DNA of 64,000 nucleotides from Hormiphora californensis. Taxonomy: Eukaryota > Animalia > Ctenophora. The DNA is taken from NCBI GenBank assembly GCA_020137815.1, contig CM035359.1, positions 5,332,001-5,396,000 on the forward strand. Direction: 5' to 3'. The position numbers and the translations under genes were made by a program. The notes below the pieces were generated by a model that did not search any database, had not been told where the DNA came from, and worked only from the letters and a program-made list of their open reading frames with translations. This document shows, in pieces, positions 12,363 to 24,940 of this stretch (position 1 is the stretch's first letter; each line of letters begins with the position of its first letter).

Positions 12363-12458
12363 GGTAGTATGGAAGATCTAGTAGGACGCACTTTATTGGC
12401 GCCAACCGGCGCCAAATGGCGCCAATAAAGTGCGTCCTACTAGATCTTCCATACTACC
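12363..12458. mobile_element. 96-bp hairpin MITE with 9-bp TSD (MULE- or Merlin-like)
   Basis: GTTGAGTAC|GGTAGTATGGAAGATCTAG ... CTAGATCTTCCATACTACC|GTTGAGTAC. Confidence 0.85.
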
Positions 12459-12775
12459 GTTGAGTACTACTCAACAACTCGACACATCTAATCTCTTCAG
12501 TCTATTCCTGTTTCTCTTTCTTTCTATCTTTCTTCCTCGGCCTCTCTCACACACACAGGCACAGGCACAGTATTTGAATTTCAATATCACAAAAATTCCA
12601 TCATTGTCTGATAATGTCTTGATCAACTTCCACTAGGGGATGATCTTGATACATATTTGTAGAATCCTGTACTAGTAGACGTTAGGTGTTATATCCTCTC
12701 AACTATTATTATCGCCCGAGGTGCAAGAGACCCGGTTTATCATGGCTCAAGCTGGTGTGTTGTCGTATATAGGGT

Positions 12776-15700
12776 TTACGAAACCGTAGTCGCTTTCTCA
12801 ACCTGTAGAAGGTTAGATTAATAATTTACAACAAGCATCACACTAAACAAAGTTGTGACATTGGTACTGCACGGCGTGCCTGGTGAAATTTTAACACGAC
12901 CTAGCATGCGACGGGAAACCACCACTTGTACGTGGTAGCTGAGGGTCTACAGAATGGCGCTACGGTGCGGGAAAAAACATTCCATTCCCTAAAATCTTTT
13001 TTTTTACTTTTATTTGATTTGGGTCAAAATTGGCTATATTAAACGTGGTCCCGAAAAATCCATAATGACTTAGCACACGAAATATGTCACCCCTACCTAT
13101 TTTTGCACGTAGAATCGATTGCCGTTGAAGTCGAATCTCTAAAATGACTGTAAAATGGTCAAAAGTTGATTTTTTACCATTTTTTGGAGGTTTTTGGCCC
13201 CTAAACCATTGAAAACGTTGAGATAGGAATTTGAAACTCGTGCCAATCGTTAAAATGGTCATTTTTCTACCAAGAACCAAGTTTTCGTGTATATCCGATT
13301 TATGGTTAGATTTGGGCAAATTGTTGAAATCTGCCAACTAGGAGAACCGTAACTTGATTTTCTTGTTTTTTGGATTTTGGCATTTTTGACAAACTTCTGA
13401 TTGAAATGGTCAATCGGGACACTGCTTAAGTTGTTTATGGGACAATTTTCGACTAAAATCCAAGATTTCATACCAATCCAATAACAGATCTTTGATTTAT
13501 AGAAAATTTAAGTAGGCAAAACGGTGAAAATAAGCAAGAAAAGTTGTCATTTTCACCGTTTTGCCTACTTAAATTTTCTATAAATCAAAGATCTGTTATT
13601 GGATTGGTATGAAATCTTGGATTTTAGTCGAAAATTGTCCCATAAACAACTTAAGCAGTGTCCCGATTGACCATTTCAATCAGAAGTTTGTCAAAAATGC
13701 CAAAATCCAAAAAACAAGAAAATCAAGTTACGGTTCTCCTAGTTGGCAGATTTCAACAATTTGCCCAAATCTAACCATAAATCGGATATACACGAAAACT
13801 TGGTTCTTGGTAGAAAAATGACCATTTTAACGATTGGCACGAGTTTCAAATTCCTATCTCAACGTTTTCAATGGTTTAGGGGCCAAAAACCTCCAAAAAA
13901 TGGTAAAAAATCAACTTTTGACCATTTTACAGTCATTTTAGAGATTCGACTTCAACGGCAATCGATTCTACGTGCAAAAATAGGTAGGGGTGACATATTT
14001 CGTGTGCTAAGTCATTATGGATTTTTCGGGACCACGTTTAATATAGCCAATTTTGACCCAAATCAAATAAAAGTAAAAAAAAAGATTTTAGGGAATGGAA
14101 TGTTTTTTCCCGCACCGTAGCGCCATTCTGTAGACCCTCAGCTACCACGTACAAGTGGTGGTTTCCCGTCGCATGCTAGGTCGTGTTAAAATTTCACCAG
14201 GCACGCCGTGACTGATATTCAGTATCGAAACAGATCAATCAAATAGTCACGGCCCTATAATCATATTATTCAAGAAGACACGGTGACTTTTGGGGCTGTG
14301 GCATTGCCACCACAGTTGAATTTAATTCGAATGGCTCATTTCCCCAATACAATAAGCATCCTACAACACATTTGGTTAGAATAAATTACCTTGATTCCGG
14401 TTGGTGCGGCACCGCTTGAGAGAGGGGCAAGTTTTTGGCGTGACGATGATGAGGATACAAAGCCACTGGAGCCAGATCTGAGAGGCGGTAGTTGGCCGTC
14501 TGATGCACCCTGTTGTAATTCACTCTGGAAGTTATAGAGAGGTGTGAGTAGAGGGGTTAGAGAGGTGTGAGTAGAGGGGTTAGAGAGTGTGAGTAGAGGG
14601 GTTAGAGAGGTGTGAGTAGAGGGGTTAGAGAGGTGTGAGTAGAGGGGTTAGAGAGGTGTGAGTAGAGGGATTAGAGAGGTGTGAGTAGAGGGGTTAGAGA
14701 GGTATGAGTAAAGGGATTAGAGAGGTGTGAGTAGAGGGGTTAGAGAGTGTGAGTAGAGGGATTAGAGAGGTGTGAGTAGAGGGGTTAGAGAGGTGTGAGT
14801 AGAGGGGTTAGAGAGGTGTGAGTAGAGGGGTTAGAGAGGTGTGAGTAAAGGGATTAGAGAGGTGTGAGTAGAGGGGTTAGAGAGGTGTGAGTAGAGGGAT
14901 TAGAGAGGTGTGAGTAGAGGGATTAGAGAGGTGTGAGTAGAGGGGTTAGAGAGGTGTGAGTAGAGGGGTTAGAGAGGTGTGAGTAGAGGGGTTAGAGAGG
15001 TGTGAGTAGAGGGATTAGAGAGGTGTGAGTAGAGGGGTTAGAGAGGTGTGAGTAGAGGGATTAGAGAGGTGTGAGTAGAGGGATTAGAGAGGTGTGAGTA
15101 GAGTGGTTAGAGAGGTGTGAGTAGAGGGATTACTATTATTTGAGCCGCCTAACGTGTTTCCACTGGTTGAGTAACAAGTGTCCGAGCAATGAAAAAAGTA
15201 TGAACAATTCAAGGGTTTAGAGAGTGGGGAAGTACTATACAGACTACTATACAGACTACTACAGTCTATAATAGTCTTGCCCAACGTAAAGTCATATTAT
15301 AATTCATAATTACTTAAGTCACTATTTGACAACCGTCTCTGATTTACCTTATCACTAGCAATAGATAAGAACTCAGCACTAGTGGCCGCTGTGTTCCGAC
15401 CCCTCGTACTAGTGCTCTGCCGTACCACAACAAATGATTTGAGAGTCCTGTGACTTGTTTCAGAGGGCTGGGAGACTGTGTTGCGGGTCAGAGTTAGCCG
15501 GTTAACATCCATCTCGAGTAGCCGGGGTACATCGGGGCTCCAGGAGTCGTAGAGAGGGTTAGTACGGGATGTTCCAACCTGAAAAAAGGGAGATGGTACG
15601 ATTAGTTGTATGCCTCCTTTTTGTATGTAAGATGAATTTATGTTTTGTAATTCAGCACGATTGTGATTGTCCCAATGCCCAGAAATCAATAGACCCCTAC

Positions 15701-18700
15701 CGTCCAGGTATGAGGTGAATCATGAACACCCTGTTCCTCTCCACTGGTAGCCTGGTCGACAGTGACACCCCCACCACCGGGAGCACCACCACGGGCAGTA
15801 TGGGTCGGTAGGATGGGCTTCTTTTGTACGTGGACAGCTTGGGTCGTGTTGCTTTTGTATGCAATGTAGGGCTTTATCAAGAATATACCTGGAGAAGAGG
15901 GGACGGGGGTTGGTAGGGGAGGGGGGTTGAGTAGGGGACGGGGGTTGGGTAGGGGAAGGGGGTTGGTAGGGGACGGGGGTTGAGTAGGGGACGGGGGTTG
16001 GGTAGGGGAAGGGGGTTGGGTAGGGGAGGGGGTTTGTAAGCATTCAGCAAACATATGTGACACAGTTGAGACAAGCCCTAAGAATTTATTCTTATTTGCA
16101 AATCACAGGAGTTGCACGGTACGAGGGGGGTTGCTCTTTAATTCTTTAAGGGAGCTGATAAATATATGCAGTGAGTAATGTAGGTTCACTTAGTTTAAGC
16201 AATACAAGTTCACAAAGGGGAGCTTCTTACCGGATTGGTGTTCAAGTCTGTCCAGCTGTTTCGTAAGAAGATAAGCTAGATCTTCTCTCTCTGCAGCAAG
16301 CTGGTCCATGTCTACACCATACCTAAGAGAATGGGAGTTATGGGAAAATGTAACTAGAAATTAGTTATTAGTAGTAACATAGTACATAATTAGTATTTAG
16401 TAAGAAGATATAAGAGCACTCGAGGTACACCTAATTGTCTTTGAATTTTGGAGTTTTAATTCCCTAAACAATATACCTTGATTTCCGAAGTACATATAGT
16501 TCATCCAATCTGTTTAGTACATCATCAATATCTCCATCCACAGGCCGGTTTAAGTGTATATTTTCTGAAATAAATTATACTGCTGGTTGATCTGAAAGGC
16601 CCATGTATGTGGCATAATCGACTTGATTGAAAATCAAATTGACACGCTACATTTAGTATTATATGAACCCCGATAGCTGTATTATCGGTCGTTTGAAGAT
16701 TTTACGTCAACGTGCACATGATAACTGCGACGGACGCCCGGAGAGGGGGGGGGGGGGGCAGGTTTTATTCTCACCTTCCATGATTTGCATTCGGGCATGG
16801 GAGATGTATTGTCGTGCAAGATGCTGGAGTCTCTGCTGGGGTATCGTGACGTAACTCCTCATCATTGATACTGCCTCCTGCAGGCAGGGGAGTTCTCATT
16901 TATATCATAAATATCAGCGGGTGAAAATTTGTCTGATAAACCCCGCCGGCCGTTATAAAAAGCAAGGATGTTTTAGCCGCTAAAACTTATAATCAATAAA
17001 TCCTTGCTTATAGAAAGTATAAACCCCTCCCTTTGGTCGGATTTCATACCATATACCACCCTCCCTGCATCGCAGGTCGGGCCGTATATGGTGTAGGGAA
17101 TCACCCTAGCGGGTCTATTGATTATACAAGGTGGCCCATAAATTATGAGCGTGGGGGACGAGCCGTACCGCCGAAAAGGTGATAGTTGTACAAAAACAAA
17201 CTATGGGAACATGCTGGAACAATTCCTTGGTGACTGTATATAATGCTTTTAGTCCGAATTGCAGTACTAACAAACAGATCCCAAGGCCCCTGGGGCATAG
17301 ATTACCTACCTCTTATATGTCCCTCATAATATACCTCATTATATCACATACCTCACATACCTCGCATACCTCATTATATCACATACCTCATATTGCCCTG
17401 GCGTTATCTTATGCTCCTGTAGAGCTTGTTTTAAGTTCCGTCTATTCCTCTCCATATCATGGTGTGCAAACATAGCGGTGTACTGGGCTGGAGGCCTTCT
17501 AGATATCGACTGAGGGAAGAGGGGTGAGAGAGAGAAAGCGAGAGAAAGGGAAAGAAAATGAGAAATAGAAAACAGAAATGTAGAAAACTCCCTCACCATA
17601 TTTTCCCTAGAAGACAGCGATTTCCCAGGGAAATGGTTAACAGGTGAGGTGGCTCTATCGCACTTTGTTCGAGAGGATTTGGTGGATGTAGGTCGGGAGG
17701 TCGGTTCCGTAGCCCAGGAAGCAGAGAGTTGTTCTATCTTACTTCTCTCCTGGGAATATATATATTATTCGAATAATGGGGGGATATGGGGGGTGTATCA
17801 AGAATGGGGGATATGTGATATTGATAATATAACCCCCGATAGCTATATCAGTATTTAATAAGTCGTCTGAAGATTTACGCTAGCTGGATATGTTTCCAGA
17901 ATGATAGGTTGGGACCGAACACATCAAATAAGAGTAAAACTGCATACCTTGCTTAACTTCTTGAAGATTTTGTGCACTGTCTTCTCTGAACCATGCATGA
18001 CCTGTAACAAAGGAGCGTCATTATCCTGAGATCCTTTCAACCGCTCAATTTCAGTGCAGCTGGGACACATATAACTTGGTGTAGCTCCCTATTGGGCATA
18101 TCATCCTCTTAGAAAGGGTACTATTACACCCCCCCCTGAACCTCTATCCATGTTACCTGGGCAATGCTGTTTTGAATTCCTTCTATCTGCTCGTGAACAT
18201 CCCCCTCTTTGTTGAAGTCTAATGTCTCCAGCTGCTCCATTGATCTCTTCATCAACATGGTTTCTGGGGGTCAGTATGGGGTAAGGGGGGTTTCTGGGGG
18301 TCAGTAAGGGGTAAGGGGGGTTTCTGGGGGTCAGTAAGGGGTAAGAGGGGTTTCTGGGGGTCAGTAAGGGGTGAGAGGGGTTTCTGGGGGTTAATAAAGG
18401 GTGAGAGGTTTCTATGGAGGAGGGGGTATAAAGAATGGGGAGTTTCTGGTAGTGATGTGTTTTATAATGGAAGGGGCCGTTGTACAGTACATCGTTACTA
18501 TGGAGACCAAATTCTATAGTTACCTGTTTCATCGATGACTCCCATTTTCTGGATCTCCGCCAGGATTCCAATTAACTTGTCCTTGAAATCCGTCACGTGA
18601 TCGTACATATCCACAACCTGAGGAAATTAAATTAAACAATGTATTCTGAGTATGAGAAGACAATCAGACAACTTAAACGTGTGATATGAGACGGAAAAAT

Positions 18701-20488
18701 ACTAGATATTGCTACATCCTATTCTATCTTGGATTGGGAATAGTGCAGCGGTGTGAGGGCCGGCAGACTGGGAACAACAATTATACCTTTGTGATGATGG
18801 GGTTATCGGGTCCTGGTGTCAAGGTGTTCCGTACTGCTGTAGTGGGGCGAATCATCACCTCAGGCTGCATGATCTCTGAATCTACCTGCACAAGGGGAAG
18901 GAGGAGGTCAGATGGGGTTAGAGGGAGGTTATAGGGGGTTATAGGGGGTTAGGGGGAGTTAGAAGGAGTTAGAGGGAGGTTAGGGGGAGTTAGATGGAGG
19001 TTAGAGGGAGTTAGAGGGAGTTAGAGGGAGGTTAGATGGAGGTTAGAGGGAGGTTAGATGGAGGTTAGAGGGAATTAGAGGGAGGTTAGAGGGAGGTTAG
19101 ATGGAGGTTAGAGGGAGTTAGAGGGAGGTTAGATGGAGGTTAGAGGGAATTAGAGGGAGGTTAGAGGGCGTTATAGGGGGTTAGAGGGAGTTAGAGGGGG
19201 GTTAGAGGGTGGCCTGCACATGTGTTGATCTACCCTATGTCACCCTACCCCCCTCAAAATTACCACTGTGGCCTGGCAGGTCAGAGGGCAATCAAATCTT
19301 GTCTCACAAAAGACCGCCCCTTCCGAACCGGGCTGAATACAGTATAATGTATAGTAATGTACGACATTAATGTACAGTAATGTATAGTAATGTATAGTAA
19401 TGTATAGTAATCCTACCGTATCGTCAACATCAGGGGTAGCAGCCGCAGCTCCGATTGAGTCCTCACTCCCACCCTGTTCCCCACCAGTTTCCAACTTCTC
19501 GTGGAGGCGGTGCGTTCTCTCCTGGGATTCAGCCTCCATTTCCGCAACCATCTTACGGAACTGCTCCACCTAGAGAGAGAGAGAGAGAAGATGGTTAGTA
19601 ATGGTAATGTGTGTGGTCCTACTAGAAATTGGTGGGGGTATGTGGGGTACCTTGCCTCGGCCTCTACCCTACCTTATTTTCAAGACCAGTCTTCTCGGTT
19701 TAAAGAACCTTGCCCCGGCCTCTACCCTACCTTATTTTCAAGACCAGTCTTCTCGTTTTCCCACTCCTCCTTTGCTCCCAGTAGTTCGTTCTTTAGCTCC
19801 TCAACCCTCCATTTGTTCTGCAGAAGACGCTAGAACGTTACACGTGAGGATTGACAGATCAACGTTAAGCTTTTACACACATCAACTCGGTAATTTTGAG
19901 TCCAAACACGATTCGGCAAAACAAAAGCATATTACACCGACCACCGGCACAGACCTGTTCATCGTTCTTAGCCATCTCATCCTCAACGGCAGCCCTTTTC
20001 CTCTCATAATCCTCCTCCAACTCTCGGAACTTTTTATTCAAAGCTTCAGTTGGGTCCACCGAGACTTGAGAGGTAGTCTGCGAGGGACAACAGGTCATTA
20101 GGTCGGATGAATATAAAGCAGATAAGAATTCAAGGGTGGGCCGGTGGGGGTACCTCCAATAAAATCGTAAAGTTTGTTCAGTCATGTTTCAGTCAAGATT
20201 TACTGAGTACTGAGCAGGACCTATAATATGTGGTATGGTCACCAAAAACACTAGTGGTATTTCTTACAGGAAGTAGGCATGACTTGGACCGAGCCATTCA
20301 GGGGTTCTTGGAGAGATATTTAGAAGTACTGCTACTGCCGAGAAAATGAAAAACCGCAATCACAAACAAATCTTTGAAGATGTGCAAGAAATTGAGATAG
20401 TTGCTGCAGAGATCAGATTGATTGGAGATCGGGATGGAGAGATGGTGGGAGAGAGAGGGAGAGAGAGAGAGAGAGATGGTGGGAGAGA

Positions 20489-20540
<52 letters not shown>

Positions 20541-23500
20541 GAGAGAGAGATAGATGAGGCCAATTGCAGATTGAATGCAGCATAGTGGCATCTTTGTGCT
20601 TGTTGTTGACGATTTGTATTTACAATGAATCTGTGTAGCGACTGAAGAGTAAAACAACCGACTGGAATGGAAGAGATAAATAGAGAGATAAATAGAGAGA
20701 TAGATAGAGAGATAAATAGAGAGATAGATAGAGAGATAGATAGAGAGATAGAGAGAGAAAGAGGGGAGAGAGAAAGAGGGGGGAGAGGAAGAGGGAGATG
20801 CAACTACAAGGCATATCTATCATTGGGGGTTTAACGTACCAACACAACCATGGCCATGGCAACCAGCATGATGGTGATTCATCTCAATTGTACCATCATA
20901 TTATATCTGGTCATGACCATACTGTATGCAGTTGTATGAATACTGCAGTCATGTGTACAAATTTATAATTCTCAGTTATACTGTGGAACTCTGATGTTGC
21001 CGCGCGGCGAGAATACTCTTTCACACAGCTCCGATATTAAACTACTGAAGATCATAGATGCTCTACCGATCCCGAGATGAGCGGTGTGTGTGAACACAAA
21101 AGATCATGTGAAGATCTTTGAAGAAATTGTTTAGACTTTTATCCCATGCATTGCAATAAAATGCAGATTGAAGAAGGAGCTATCTCGCCATTCAATTATA
21201 ATCATATGCTCAGTCAAGTAGATGCCCGTTTTTTAGGCAGTGAAGATTAGCGAGGGGTAAGGATGGGGTATATTAGTTTTCCTCCTTTGTAAGAATCAAT
21301 GATGAGATTAGCAGAGCTGTCCCAACTAGGGCACCACCCAACTATACCATGATCCTTTGTAAGACTGGTTGTGCAATGTGTATAGGGTATAAAATATCAT
21401 GGGACAGTATTTTAAAAACCCGGTCTGACCTCTCCAGCAGCACATGCCCGACCCGTCCTGAAAGAAAAGCGTCGAGGCGCACGCCATGGACCTGTGCTAA
21501 CCTTGTTCTTAACAACTTACAATAAAAAGATCCTGGCCCAGTTCCAAGTTATACTTGACACCCTGGAGGGAGGGGGGCTTGACAACTGTTGCCATGGTAC
21601 CCGTGGCACCCGTCGCCATGGTGAGGTCCGTCTCGGAAACAATTGTTGAAGATAGATCGGGAGCACTTATATATTTCGCTATATTGAGGGTAATAAGTTG
21701 ATAAAACAAGCACCATTGCACCATTAACAACGTTTCAGGTATGATATACGAATGATCAAAAGCCCGATGAAAAACTTTAGATGAATAATTCTGGGTAGTT
21801 TTACTGTGTGAATGATCAGTTTGGGTCCGATCAATAAACTTCTGGTATACCATAACTCTCCTAGATCTGACAAACAGTAAAACTAGAGACAAAAGGAGTA
21901 GGTTTTACAATACAATTAAACTACCGCAGAGTAGTACGAGGCGTCCAACGAAACGTGAAGCGAAAGAAACACGTGAGATTGGATAGAGCTTGTGAGTAGG
22001 GCAGAGAGTCTGTTACTGTAACTAAGAGAACAAGAACTTGCTGAACAAGCTTGTGAGGAGAGAGATAGATTAGAGAGATCGTAGAGAGAGATAAAAAACA
22101 AAGATACAGAGAAACATTTTCCAGAGATATTTTATTTTAAAAGTTTTTTTCCTACTGATCTCTATCTTTCCCTCGGCTTCTATCTATCCCTCTCCATCAC
22201 TCTAACATTCTATCTCTCTATCTCTATCATTCTAACTCTCTATCTCTATCAATGTTTCTCTTTGAAATGCTTAGCATGCCGAAAAATTCGGTGGTCTTCA
22301 AGTCACATGTTAACTAGATGTTAACTAGATGTTAACTAGATATTAACCAGATGTTAACCAGATGGAATACGAAATACCATCCAATGATGATTTCATTTGG
22401 TAACAGCTGCTACCAGAGAGTTAGAGAGTGACGTATCATGACCTTCAACAAACTAAAACTGTTCAAAGTTTGTTTAGTTTTGTTTAAAACTAACAAAACG
22501 ATTAAATGTCGAACGATTCAATGGTCGAAAAGAGAGAGGGAGGAAGAGAATGGTTGATAGAAACAAGTCAAGAACTGAATCAACTCCATTTCTTGATCTA
22601 CCTATGTCTGTACTTTTATAAAACTAGCGCACCCACTGGGTGCGCCTCAAATAAGGAGTGTTTACAAACCACCCGGCTTCGCCGGGTGGCCCTCTTTATT
22701 CCCACATTAGTCATTAATTGATGGTTGCCATGGCAACTAAATCGGTAACTATGGAGACTGAATTGATAAATTATGTTCCGAAATAATCACTAACTGCCAT
22801 AAGAGTTTAAACACCTGCTCCCAAGAAGAAGGCCGGCTGTTTAACGTATTTCGTTGCCCGGCTTTGAGTTTTCCATCATAGTTCCATTCGACACTTCCAT
22901 AATAATGGGTGTGGAATACATGTCACAAAGACATGTGAGTACAGAGCTGATGACTGTGAGACATGTGACACTGACAGGGGTGTCACTGACAGGGGTACTA
23001 ATTAGGTTTATGTGATCTGATAACAGGAGATCTGAGAGAAGTGTGCGAATAGATAACAATTAATATGACGTGATCAACTGCTATAGCCCAACTGTTCATT
23101 CTGAGAATTCTGATACAAAGATATTATTTGCCGTACTGATATATGAGGTAACTCCAACCCCCCAGTTTCATCTCCTTGTTTAACATGGGAGTTACCAAGG
23201 GAATCCACTGGGTTCGATTAATCTAGGCACATACCCACAGTACTATTCGAATTGGCGTATCTTTATATCAGGAATCTCGGATAGCAACAATCCTTGTGTT
23301 TTATTGCTATCTGAACAGATTAGGCGTATAGACAGGGCTCTTATTATGTGCGAATAGAAGGTGTCCCTATAGCACCTATGACGACACCTCGACCAACATA
23401 TGACGTGTCAGGAATGCGCCAGGTTGAAATTAAAATGAAAGTTTGAATGCCGTTCCTGTGTCCTGTGCGCGCGCAATTCCCAGTTGCCCAAAATTACATC

Positions 23501-24624
23501 ACAGCTGTATTTCGTCACAACACGCCACTGAAATTCTTAATGAAGGAGCAGACTGTCGCTTAGATACCGCCTAACGAACGACCATCACGACGTCGTTCAT
23601 CTCCAAATTATAATAGAGACTAGAAAGCCCATTGAACACCCCCCACCCGTCTCTATGTCCCCGCCCCTCCCCCCCTCTTACTATTCGTCTCCATGTCGGG
23701 GTAAAGAATTCGGAGGTTGGTATGTAGTGGTAGAGCGCTGGTGATAAACATCAAGGGAAATCCCGCTGAATAACATGTAGAATCAGGTGATAAAGATCCG
23801 TAGAATTGTAGCTGTGTTGTAGAGAATCAACGGGGTACGTAGATAGAAACGCTTTGGCAATCATGGGGGCCCAAGCAGTAGATCCCAAAACACCACTGGA
23901 AAAACACAGGAACACACAACAAACAAACAATAACATGCACGTGCAGTATCCCCCCTCCAATACCCCTCCCAGAGCACCTCCTTGGCAACCCCCCACCATT
24001 TGCACGTGATGATAGGTCATCATACTCCTCACCACCACGCCACTCATTTGTACTTTATAATATAGACTAGAAAGCCCATTGAAGTCCTACGATAGCACCC
24101 CCACCCGTCCCCATGTCTCTCTCCCCCTCTCTTACTATTCGTCTCTCCATGTCGGGGTAAAGAATACGGAGGTTGGTAGAGTGGTAGAGCGCTGGTGATA
24201 AACATCAAGGGAAATCCCGCTGAATAACATGTGTAGAATCAGGTGATAAAGATCCGTAGAATTGTAGACATGTGTAGAGAATCAACGGGGTACGTAGGTA
24301 GAAAGGCTTTGGCAATCATGGCGGCCCCAGCAGTAGATCCCAAAACACCACAGGAATAACACAGGAACACGCAACAAACAAACAATAACATGCACGTGCA
24401 GTATCCCCTCCAATACCCCTCCCAAGCCACCTCCTTGGCAACCCCCTCTATTTGCACGTGATGATACTACATCCTCCTCCTCACTACGACGTTCATTTGC
24501 AAATTATAATAAGGATAGCAGTCATCAAGCAATAGATTTCAGTGAGTGTGGGGACTTCAAGCTAACTAGAGGGGAGAAGATGGTCTTAGTGAAGCTGCAC
24601 AGTGAAAATGAGAGAGACAGAGAT

Positions 24625-24703
<79 letters not shown>

Positions 24704-24784
24704 ATTGTGCTTTTTAAGAGCATGTGAGAAAGATAATGACCACAGCTTGAGTGAGAGAGAGAAATAGGGGCTGGGAGAGAGAAA

Positions 24785-24869
<85 letters not shown>

Positions 24870-24876
24870 AGAGAGA

Positions 24877-24940
<64 letters not shown>

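Noticed and set aside
12960-14120. Mirror-image 125-aa and 70-aa ORF pairs
   Set aside because: By-products of the palindrome; no transposase or other motifs.
14536-15131. Regular array as possible CRISPR or telomere
   Set aside because: No unique spacers, eukaryotic intron context, and the unit is not TTAGGG.
20268-20335. Possible extra exon of the coiled-coil gene
   Set aside because: Phases are incompatible with neighbours; exon 25316 joins exon 20077 in frame without it.
20298-20862. SLSLSL / ERERER ORFs (also 24.6k, 38k, 39.7k, 41.5k, 50.7k, 55.4k)
   Set aside because: Translations of GA/CT microsatellites.
21509-21892. 127-aa minus-strand ORF
   Set aside because: TTG start, no motif, no convincing splice sites; lies within an intron.
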